The notes beneath the pieces were generated by a model. It made no database searches. It was not told the origin of the DNA and saw nothing but the letters and a program-made list of their open reading frames with translations. A stretch of 64,000 nucleotides of DNA, taken from NCBI RefSeq assembly GCF_937910895.1, contig NZ_CALEMI010000138.1:5280-69279 (forward strand), in the 5' to 3' direction. Both the position numbers and the translations under genes were made by a program. Source of the stretch: an uncultured Dokdonia sp. GTDB taxonomy: Bacteria; Bacteroidota; Bacteroidia; Flavobacteriales; Flavobacteriaceae. Within the stretch, counting starts at the first letter, position 1. Each line of letters starts with the position of its first letter. Of this stretch, positions 47,436 to 55,996 are shown in pieces.

Positions 47436-47509
47436 TATAGTGTATGTTTGAAAAATTAGAATGTGTTAGATGTTGCTTGTAAAGCAATTGAAGATATATT
47501 TCTAATAAC

Positions 47510-47680
47510 TCAAATACGAAAGATAAAAATAGTAGAAGGATCAAAGCTTTTTTGCTCCAACAGACGATACATCGTTTTAATTTCAGAAGTCAACCTGATA
47601 ATTCGGTTCCCTATCCCTAGGGTAGCTTTTGGAGTAGACTTCTTTATACTCCTGAGCCCAAATCTGAAAAAATCTTTCAT
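47510..47680 (-). CDS. candidate speA leader peptide (56-aa uORF)
   Basis: Hand translation MKDFFRFGLRSIKKSTPKATLGIGNRIIRLTSEIKTMYRLLEQKSFDPSTIFIFRI*, lying between the promoter box and speA. Confidence 0.55.
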   Translation of the reverse strand: MKDFFRFGLRSIKKSTPKATLGIGNRIIRLTSEIKTMYRLLEQKSFDPSTIFIFRI

Positions 47681-47725
47681 TTAATTAAAGGCAATTCGTT
47701 CTTTAATGTGAACTCATTATCATAA

Positions 47726-47733
47726 CAAACATA
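47726..47733 (-). promoter_or_regulatory. Bacteroidota sigma-A -7 element for the speA leader
   Basis: TATGTTTG matches TAnnTTTG. Confidence 0.55.
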
Positions 47734-47985
47734 CTAAAAAAATGTATTGATTATTTTTTTTTGAAATTTATTTTAATAAAGTAATGATTTATTAACGATA
47801 AAAATACAACTATCTAATTAGCAACGCTTAGAGACTTTTTAGAGTAAAAAATACATATTCTTCACGAATCATTATTTATGGCTATACCCGAAGAGTATGT
47901 TTTATAATTTTCTTATCAAGATATTTGGAGTAATTTATAGGCTCATATTAAAATTGCATATAAGTACATCTTCAAAATTAATAGG

Positions 47986-48171
47986 TTAACAACCATTTGC
48001 TTGATCGGTCTGAGGACAAATTGGACGATCATACGTTTTGGCTGGAGGACAACCCATAGGCCGATCACTTATATCACATATTCCCGATCCTCCCATAATA
48101 GCTTCTGAATCTGTGAGCTTAGAAATTGTCAACTTGTCTAAGGATAATTTTTTTAAAGATTCTTTTCTCAT
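47986..48171 (-). CDS. double-glycine-leader RiPP (class I lanthipeptide-like) precursor
   Basis: Leader KKLSLDKLTISKL..MGG; core has 4 Ser/Thr and 4 Cys. Confidence 0.8.
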   Translation of the reverse strand: MRKESLKKLSLDKLTISKLTDSEAIMGGSGICDISDRPMGCPPAKTYDRPICPQTDQANGC

Positions 48172-48287
48172 CTTTTATTTTTTAGGGTTTAAGATACAAA
48201 AAATACATAGCAAACCAAGTTAAAATGAATCTTAAGCGATGTATGAATCAACTATTACGCACTAAAACATGTAAGGTTTTTATTATT

Positions 48288-49994
48288 TTATGCAGATTTT
48301 TTTAAATTTTTTATATAGTATGAAGGAGTGATGCCTGTTTTTTTCTTGAAAGCTGCTGTAAACGACTCGGCAGAGTTAAAACTTGCTTCTTTGGCAACTC
48401 CTAAAATCGTATAACGATGTAGTGTTGGATTCACTTTTAACTCATTAAGAATATACTCAATACGTAAATCATTAATGTAGTGAATAAATGTCTTTCCCTT
48501 ATACGTATTAATGATTTTAGAAAGGTATTTCGTATTTGTTGACAGCTTCCTTGCCAAAGAACTAATAGTTATAGTACTCTTTAAAAATCCATTCTTAGAT
48601 TCAAAAACAAGCAATTTATCTAAGATCACAGCGACTACGTCTGGATCAATATTAAGGCTTTGAGAAGATGTTTTTAATGACGCCGATTCTTTGCTACTTT
48701 TCGTGGGTTTTTCATTTAACGCAGCAATAATAGTATCAAATCGCTCTCTGTATATTTTATGTTTCCTGATTTGAAGAAAAAACAAGAATGTTATAATAAC
48801 AAACAGAATAAGCAGGGAGAGTACTTTTGTGCTAAGACTTTGATTTTTATTCTTTAATTTTTGAATTAAAAGCTCTTTACTTTTAACTAATTCAGGAGTA
48901 TCAAACTCTGAATTTAATGTATTTGTTGTATGAATTTTCCTAGCGTTCGTAATACTATCAAATCTTATTAATTTATTAATTGTACTTAAGTGTTCTTTGT
49001 AATTATTACTTGCTTTATAATCCTTAATGAGAGAAACATACGCATCTCTTACTTCTGGAAGTATCAAATCCGTTTTTGTAAGCAAAGAGTCAACTTTTAA
49101 AAAATAACCTGTATCGTCTTTTTCATTAGAAATTAGAGATATTTTACCTAAATAAAATTGAGCAATGATATAATATTTCAAATCGTACTGAGAAGTAAGA
49201 TTTGCTAAAGATGCCCCCTTCTGTAAAAAAGAATATGCTTTATCTATGTTTTTTTTATAGAACAAATTAACCCCTTCATTAATCATAGCAACGCTTAATG
49301 CATAGGTATGATCTTTATAAATCTTATCAATTACCAAATCGTAGTAATAAGAAGCCGAGTCATATTTTTTTTCATTCCTATATGATTCTGATAAGTTTAA
49401 AGAGATTTGAACTATCACACTAGAATTTGGAAATTTCCTTTTTTGTTCAAGGTCAAGACACGTTTTATATAATATCAATGCCTCTTTATAATTTCCAATA
49501 TCCTTTTTAATATCTGCTATATTATTAAGACCAATAATTTCATAATCTTTATCATTCTTCTTTTTTGAAAGTCTCAACACCTTAAGATATTGCTGTAGCG
49601 CATTTTCATAATCATACGCATTTTGATAATACAACCCCAACCTATTATATGCGGCTATAGAGTATAAAGAATCGACACTATTACTCTCTGTTAATGACTG
49701 ATTGACAAGATCAAACTGTCTTTCTCTATCGTCTGTATAATAAGAAAGATAATTCAACGCAATAGATCGTTTTATTCTATCATTGGCCGCAGTCGCTTTA
49801 TGTAGATATGCATTAAGATATTGTATAGAAGAGGTCGTATCCTCTGCGTGTTGCGCATATTTTTTGTATAGATACTCATAACTTTCGTTTGCCAATGAAT
49901 CTGGTATTATAGAAGCGCTCTTCTGCCCTAACAAAAGAGAATTGAAACTAAAAATTAACCAAAATAAGAAATAGAACTTTGTATTTGAACGCAT
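48288..49994 (-). CDS. membrane-spanning TPR-sensor AraC-family regulator
   Basis: Signal peptide, TPRs (AYNRLGLYYQNAYDYENALQQY), TM VLSLLILFVIITFLFFL, AraC HTH (LSTNTKYLS..FNSAESFTAAFKKKTGITPSYY). Confidence 0.92.
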   Translation of the reverse strand: MRSNTKFYFLFWLIFSFNSLLLGQKSASIIPDSLANESYEYLYKKYAQHAEDTTSSIQYLNAYLHKATAANDRIKRSIALNYLSYYTDDRERQFDLVNQSLTESNSVDSLYSIAAYNRLGLYYQNAYDYENALQQYLKVLRLSKKKNDKDYEIIGLNNIADIKKDIGNYKEALILYKTCLDLEQKRKFPNSSVIVQISLNLSESYRNEKKYDSASYYYDLVIDKIYKDHTYALSVAMINEGVNLFYKKNIDKAYSFLQKGASLANLTSQYDLKYYIIAQFYLGKISLISNEKDDTGYFLKVDSLLTKTDLILPEVRDAYVSLIKDYKASNNYKEHLSTINKLIRFDSITNARKIHTTNTLNSEFDTPELVKSKELLIQKLKNKNQSLSTKVLSLLILFVIITFLFFLQIRKHKIYRERFDTIIAALNEKPTKSSKESASLKTSSQSLNIDPDVVAVILDKLLVFESKNGFLKSTITISSLARKLSTNTKYLSKIINTYKGKTFIHYINDLRIEYILNELKVNPTLHRYTILGVAKEASFNSAESFTAAFKKKTGITPSYYIKNLKKSA

Positions 49995-50119
49995 ATTTAA
50001 TTTTGAGACTTAGGGGTGCAAACAATTTTGCATCTAAAATAGTTAAATCAAAAGTATCTATTTGCTATGACGCCTGAATAGTCACATTTCACATCACTTA
50101 ATGATGGTTTTAATAGTAC

Positions 50120-50133
50120 GCTTTTGCGAAAGC
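50120..50133. repeat. palindrome variant (one mismatch)
   Basis: TACGCTTTTGCGAAAGCGTA. Confidence 0.8.
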
Positions 50134-50511
50134 GTACACAACATAGACTCCTTCAATTCGATAGTTAAGATTTAAAAACCAATTCGTATAAGACAAAAAA
50201 TAAAAATTCCTACTAGAAAATCTGTAACATAGTATCGTACCGACACGAACTTACCACAGTTATTACATTCTAATCAAAAACACTTCAAATTACTAAATTT
50301 CAAATATTTGTATTTAAAATTAAGTACTTGAATTCGCCGAATTCCTGTAAATTTTTATTGTATCTCCCTAAAAAAAAAGTGAAGTTTGAATATATGAGAT
50401 CGTACAAAAATAATAGCATTTTAGTTTAAAGATATACACACAGTAAACAGACAGACCCCTTGAATGTCTCTAAACGATCAAGGTATTTTAGTAATCATAA
50501 ATAATTAAATT

Positions 50512-50751
50512 ATGAGAGATTTATTAAAAATTGGAAGAAGTTTAAACAGTGTTGAATTAAAAGGAATTACCGCAGGTAGAAATCCTTTTATTTCTGACGG
50601 CTCAGATCAGTGTCAAGTAGGACAGTGCCCTAATGGATTGGTTTGTAACATTGTAAATGGAGAATGCATCATGCCCGGCGGTGGCGGCGGTGGTGGCGGT
50701 GGTGGAATCTGCCCAGAGAATGTTGGACAAAACTGCGATTCTCCAGTTTAA
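50512..50751 (+). CDS. Cys-rich, Gly10-containing peptide with a double-glycine-type leader
   Basis: MRDLLKIGRSLNSVELKGITAG leader, Cx4Cx5Cx6C, Gly10, Cx7C. Confidence 0.8.
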   Translation: MRDLLKIGRSLNSVELKGITAGRNPFISDGSDQCQVGQCPNGLVCNIVNGECIMPGGGGGGGGGGICPENVGQNCDSPV

Positions 50752-50847
50752 AAATATAATATTAAACTTTATAGTTGGGTTGGCTTTTAAAAGCTACCTG
50801 CTACTTTATAAGTAAGTAAATTATAGAGGGTTTAGTGAAATAAGAAC

Positions 50848-50887
50848 ATCATTCAGATATGTGCAAGTTACTACATATCTGGATGAT
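50848..50887 (+). terminator. hairpin downstream of the peptide gene
   Basis: ATCATTCAGATATGT..ACATATCTGGATGAT followed by a T tract; a second weaker hairpin near 50778-50798. Confidence 0.6.
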
Positions 50888-51290
50888 TTTTTTAGCCTCA
50901 TCTCCGTCTGTCATAGCTAAACCATAAGATCCAAACAACTCTTTTGTGAATCTTCTAAAAACTTCATATGTCGTTCTTTAGTACCTTATCTCGTTACTCT
51001 TTATCTCTATGTGTTTAACAAGGCTTGATTTTGAAATATTGTTAATAATATGTCTTCATAAAGCGCTTCTTATTTGTTTCTTGCACACTACAGCAAAACC
51101 TATAAATTTCGGAATCTAAATTTTAGATATGATTAAGGATTTGTAAAATTTCAAGTTAAGATTCTGTAAAATCAGTAACATAAAATCAACCTTTTTATAA
51201 ACTAGAATATATACTAACGTAACAAGCTTTCAAGACTTTGAAATTAATTTTATGAGCATTAATAATCAACTTTATTAAATCAAAAAACTC

Positions 51291-52853
51291 ATGAAAACTT
51301 TCAAATTACTTTTTTTTAAAATACTACTGTTAGTAGTTGTAGGAACCCACATAACGAGCTGTGAAGACGGTGAAGATGGACTTAATGGTATAAACGGTCA
51401 AGATGGCGTAGATGGACAGGATGGTGTCGATGGACAAGACGGACAGGATGGCGACGACTTTGTTATGGAAGAAACTATTTTTGCTGACAAATCCCCTACT
51501 CCTCCGTTGGTAGCAATTACACCTCAATTTAATTATGTGCAAGCGTATTCTTTAATTTCTACTCCAGATGTAATTGGGGAGAATTTCCAACTTGCAGGAT
51601 CTGCCGATGGTGCTGGTTTTTTAGTAGATGGAGATGAATATATATACGTTACAAACTGTGAGGATAGTTATGCTGTGGCTCGTATCCGTTTAGATCAAAA
51701 CCTTATTCCTATTTCTGGCGACTATTTATTAGACTCTGGTGTTGCCGATTTTGCAAGACAATGTTCTGCAACAATGTGGGAAGCTGATATCCATGGAGGC
51801 TCTGAAGATATTTTTTTATCTGCTTCAGAAAGCATTAGTCACGACGTAAAAGCAATTAATCCCCGTGTAACAACACCTACACCACAAGCTGACTTTGGTT
51901 TAGATGCTTTAGGAGAATTTTCTTGGGAAAATGCAGTCCCACTTCCTCAAAATGCATATCCTAATGCCACTGTAATTATAGGAGGAGACGATGATTCTAG
52001 TGGTTCAGAAGGTCAAATAACGATGTATTACTCTACAAATGGAGATGCTGATTTTAATAACGGTAGTATCTATGTATTACGTTACAAACAAATATCTGAT
52101 GGCGCTGGAGGCGTAGAAGATGTTGTAGCAAATACGCAATACAATGAGTCGTCATTAGATTTTGGGAGCTCATACGATGTTGAGTTTGTAGAAATTCCAA
52201 ACGGTGCTTCTCTTACTAAAAATGAAATGGAAACTGCCTGTAATGATGTATTTGCTTCACAATTTATGCGTGTAGAAGATATTGATTATCAAAAAGGAAG
52301 TGACTCAAATGCAAGAAATCTATTTGTAGCTGTTACCGGTAGGGGACCTGGACAAGGAACATACAACGATTGGGGAACCGTTTATAAATTGACATTAGAT
52401 CCTTCAAATCCTTTAGAAGGAACCCTTACACAAATTGTAAGTGGGAATACAGATACTAACAATGCAGATGGTAATCTTCCTGAGCTTCAAAGCCCAGACA
52501 ACATTACAGTAACAGAAAACTTTGTATATATTCAAGAAGATCCTAACTCTTTCAGTAGAGGGCATGCCGCTTACATTTATCAAACAGATATTAATGGAAA
52601 TAATCCCGTAGTCGTTCTTGAACTAGTTGTACGTATGGATCTTGCTGAAAATAATAGCACTGGATTAAACGGAGAATTTGGAGCACTTATCGATATTTCT
52701 GATAAAATAGGAGAACCTAATACCTTCTTATTAAACATACAGCCTCATTATTGGACAAGTGACGAATTTGCAGGATTAGATGGACACATCAACGCTACAA
52801 ATGAAGATCGCCAAGCATCTCAAGTGGTTATCTTAAGGGGGCTTCCAAGATAA
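51291..52853 (+). CDS. PhoX-like (DUF839) lipoprotein with a collagen-like linker
   Basis: Lipobox ITSC, G-X-Y repeats, TNCED, RQCSAT, WENAV, RVEDIDY, SPDNI, IQED. Confidence 0.82.
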   Translation: MKTFKLLFFKILLLVVVGTHITSCEDGEDGLNGINGQDGVDGQDGVDGQDGQDGDDFVMEETIFADKSPTPPLVAITPQFNYVQAYSLISTPDVIGENFQLAGSADGAGFLVDGDEYIYVTNCEDSYAVARIRLDQNLIPISGDYLLDSGVADFARQCSATMWEADIHGGSEDIFLSASESISHDVKAINPRVTTPTPQADFGLDALGEFSWENAVPLPQNAYPNATVIIGGDDDSSGSEGQITMYYSTNGDADFNNGSIYVLRYKQISDGAGGVEDVVANTQYNESSLDFGSSYDVEFVEIPNGASLTKNEMETACNDVFASQFMRVEDIDYQKGSDSNARNLFVAVTGRGPGQGTYNDWGTVYKLTLDPSNPLEGTLTQIVSGNTDTNNADGNLPELQSPDNITVTENFVYIQEDPNSFSRGHAAYIYQTDINGNNPVVVLELVVRMDLAENNSTGLNGEFGALIDISDKIGEPNTFLLNIQPHYWTSDEFAGLDGHINATNEDRQASQVVILRGLPR

Positions 52854-52900
52854 CAAGATCTAGTATTAGCCAATTATATTTCATTCTCGTTTTAGTATCA

Positions 52901-52923
52901 AGCAACCCTTTATAAGGGTTGCT
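52901..52923 (+). terminator. intrinsic terminator hairpin
   Basis: AGCAACCCTT-tat-AAGGGTTGCT followed by TTCTT. Confidence 0.7.
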
Positions 52924-52948
52924 TTCTTAACATATATGTCTATTTCTT

Positions 52949-54790
52949 ATGAGCACTATAAACTACTCTTCACAAATCAAATTTTCTCTTTTAAACATTT
53001 TTATTTTTGGATTTTTCTTTTCTTGTAACGAAAACTCAAAAGATACTTCTTACATACAAACCTTAGAACCTGATTGGAAAAGCACACAAGTATTATATCT
53101 ACAAGAAATCAATAAAACGATTGTCTTATTAGATAGCCTAAAAGACATATCTCCTAACGCACCAGAAGCCAAAGAAATATTTAAAAAGATACGTATTGCA
53201 TTTAAAAAAGCAGAACCTTATGCTTCGTATCTTAATCCTGAAGTAGGACATCGCATTAACAGTCCCGCCCTACCTATTTATAAAGAAGACAATGGTAAAA
53301 CTTTATATCCCATAGGATTACAAAAAATAGAGGAAAGTATTTATGAAGGAGAAAGCTCTAAAAAACAGTATAAAAACGAGTTAAAAACAACTATTGGATT
53401 ATTGAATAGTCTTAAAAAAAGTATTGAAAAAAGAGAGCTTACAGCGCAACGTTATTTCATTGCAACACACCAACAATTATTTCGTGTATTAAGTTTTTCT
53501 ATCTCAGGATTTGACACTCCTGTAAGCCAATTAGGAATTCAAGAAAGTAGGATCTCACTACAAAACCTATATGATAGCTATGTTATAAGCATTCAGAAGA
53601 TTATTCAATCTAAGAATAAAGATTTAGATATGACGTTCAAAAAACAGATAGAAGCGGCGACATACTATACCGCATCAAATCCAGACTTTGACAGCTTTGA
53701 TCGCTATACATTTATCAAAGAATATCTAAACCCTATCACACGCTCTTGGGTCGCTATTAGAAAAACATCTAAATTATGGGAGGGTACAAACTCCCAACCA
53801 TTTAATTTTGATGCACCTACTTTCTTTGAAAATGATAGTTATAATGTCTCTTTCTTTATTTCAGGAACTAATAAAAAACCTACTGATGCACAAATAAAAT
53901 TAGGTAAAAAACTATTCTTTGATAAAAAATTATCTGCAAACAATCAAATGGCATGTGCTACGTGTCACATTCCTTCCAAAGCATACACGGATGGTCTTAT
54001 GCTAAATAAGGGAAATAAAGGAAATAATTTAAAACGCAACACCCCAACTTTAATAAATACCATATTTCAAAAGAATTTCTTTTGGGATGGACGCTCACAT
54101 ACATTGATGGATCAAGTGTCATCTGTTTTTACAAATACAGACGAATTTAACTCTAATGTTCATACGTTTTCAAAAGATATTTTACAGGATTCTACATATA
54201 AAAATCTTTTTCAAGAAGCCTACCGCGGAGTGTCAAATCGAAATATTGATGTTATAAAAGCGATTGCTGCGTATGTAGCAACTCTTAATGGGTTTAATTC
54301 AAAATTCGATCGCAATATGAGAGGAGAGGAAGACACATTTACGCAAAGTGAAAAAGAAGGTATGAACTTGTTTATGGGAAAAGCACTTTGTGCTACATGT
54401 CACTTTATACCACTTACCAATGGTACAGTACCTCCGTTTTTTCAAGAGACAGAACGCGAAGTAATAGGCGTTCCTAATACCTCTGAAAATAGAGCTCTTG
54501 ATGATGACTTAGGGTATTACTGGAAGTTTAATGAGTCCCTACACAAAGGTATGTTTAAAACCCCTACCGTACGTAATGCATCATTAACCGCACCGTATAT
54601 GCACAATGGCGTATATAATACTTTAGAAGAAGTGATAGACTTCTATAACAAAGGCGGCGGTGGTGGATTAGGTTTTGATCTAGAACACCAAACTTTACCT
54701 TTTGACAATTTGAAATTAACAGATAAAGAGCAACGAGCACTTGTTGATTTTGTAAAGACCTTAACCGATACACAAGTAGATTCTTATTAA
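52949..54790 (+). CDS. di-heme cytochrome c peroxidase (MauG-like) lipoprotein
   Basis: Two CATCH motifs, RNTPTL, FWDGR, FKTPTVRN..PYMHNG. Confidence 0.9.
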   Translation: MSTINYSSQIKFSLLNIFIFGFFFSCNENSKDTSYIQTLEPDWKSTQVLYLQEINKTIVLLDSLKDISPNAPEAKEIFKKIRIAFKKAEPYASYLNPEVGHRINSPALPIYKEDNGKTLYPIGLQKIEESIYEGESSKKQYKNELKTTIGLLNSLKKSIEKRELTAQRYFIATHQQLFRVLSFSISGFDTPVSQLGIQESRISLQNLYDSYVISIQKIIQSKNKDLDMTFKKQIEAATYYTASNPDFDSFDRYTFIKEYLNPITRSWVAIRKTSKLWEGTNSQPFNFDAPTFFENDSYNVSFFISGTNKKPTDAQIKLGKKLFFDKKLSANNQMACATCHIPSKAYTDGLMLNKGNKGNNLKRNTPTLINTIFQKNFFWDGRSHTLMDQVSSVFTNTDEFNSNVHTFSKDILQDSTYKNLFQEAYRGVSNRNIDVIKAIAAYVATLNGFNSKFDRNMRGEEDTFTQSEKEGMNLFMGKALCATCHFIPLTNGTVPPFFQETEREVIGVPNTSENRALDDDLGYYWKFNESLHKGMFKTPTVRNASLTAPYMHNGVYNTLEEVIDFYNKGGGGGLGFDLEHQTLPFDNLKLTDKEQRALVDFVKTLTDTQVDSY

Positions 54791-54859
54791 CACAAATACA
54801 CAAATATTTTTTTGACTAGTAGTAGCTTAGAGTTATAAAGATTCTGTCGTGTATAAGAT

Positions 54860-55125
54860 AGTACTAAAATGAGTAGCCTATTGGTTTTGAGTAGCATCCT
54901 TTATTTCATGTTTCTTATGAGGGAGACTATGCAATCACGGAAAGACAATCTATTATTAAAATCCCAACAAAAGATAACCGCTACATCGCTTCCTTAAAAA
55001 AGGATATCAAGTCTTCTTACAACCCTACTGTGATAGAAAATGACATTGATTTATGGGATACGGTGCCTTTAGGAGAAGCCCTTAAAAAATACATCAACAC
55101 TTATAGAGAGTATTACAAAAATTAA
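54860..55125 (+). pseudogene. gene remnant (C-terminal fragment)
   Basis: E*PIGFE*HPLFHVSYEGDYAITERQ..LKKYINTYREYYKN*: about 75 open codons after two in-frame stops, no start. Confidence 0.5.
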
Positions 55126-55577
55126 AATACCAATTCATACACAGGAGTTTCATCCTCCTTGAACTCAAACAATCTTGAATAATCCATCACATTAGTAACA
55201 CCGTCAAGTGTGCATAAAAAAGCAATAGTTTCAGAAAGTCCTTGAAACAGCATATCTTTATCTGTTGGATTGGATGGTTTTACCCCTTTATGATGAAGTG
55301 GCAGCGTATAACCACAAGCTTTTAAAAACACAGCTTCTATTTGTAACAATTCTTGAGGTGAATATCCATTAAATTTCCTTCCTAATCCTTGATGTACTTT
55401 CCCTACATAGTTGAGCACAATAGAACCATGACCATCAGAAAGATGCTTCCAAGCCTCTGTATGATCAAGAATATTTCCAACTGCACAAGACTTACAACAT
55501 TCTGGATGTAAGGTATTTTTATGAAAAGCGGTGTATAATTTTGTAATTGCTTGTTCTAATCTTTTAGGCGTATACAT
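55122..55577 (-). CDS. conserved hypothetical Cys-cluster protein
   Basis: ECCKSCAVGNILD; 151 aa. Confidence 0.8.
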   Translation of the reverse strand: MYTPKRLEQAITKLYTAFHKNTLHPECCKSCAVGNILDHTEAWKHLSDGHGSIVLNYVGKVHQGLGRKFNGYSPQELLQIEAVFLKACGYTLPLHHKGVKPSNPTDKDMLFQGLSETIAFLCTLDGVTNVMDYSRLFEFKEDETPVYELVF

Positions 55578-55664
55578 AGCATTCTTTTTACGGATTAAAA
55601 TACTACAAATTCATAGAATAACCATAAAAATTAACACTATCTGAAGGATCCTTTTTCTGAGTAC

Positions 55665-55678
55665 GCTTTCGCGAAAGC
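55665..55678. repeat. palindrome copy 9 (divergent intergenic)
   Basis: Perfect, extends to TACGCTTTCGCGAAAGCGTA. Confidence 0.9.
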
Positions 55679-55996
55679 GTATAAATAGACAAAATACTCC
55701 TGCATCATCTGTAGAACAAGAATTATTAATATTTAAAATAAGAACAAAAAATCAAAGTTAATTTTCATAACCGTAGGTAGGGATTTTTAGCATTAAGTTG
55801 TTACTTTAGTAAGCTATCACAGATTGATACATTTTTAACACTTTGACAATATAATATTTAAAACAATAACACTTTCTACGCTATGTCTCTCGCATCACCG
55901 ACTACATGCTAGAAATAATACTATTCCTATATTTGTTACTAGTTCTTTAACCAATTATAAACTAAAAACCCATATTTCTCAAAATTACACACACTT

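Noticed and set aside
47443-47450. Plus-strand TATGTTTG as an antisense promoter to the speA leader
   Set aside because: A single short box in AT-rich DNA with no supporting -33 element.
50840-50970. Minus-strand open stretch RTTYEVFRRFTKELFGSYGLAMTDGDEAKKIIQICSNLHISE
   Set aside because: About 42 codons, no start, no family recognised; possibly a relic but unsupported.
55122-55577. Respiratory NqrF-type label I recall being attached to this family
   Set aside because: Too short, with no 2Fe-2S, FAD or NAD motifs.
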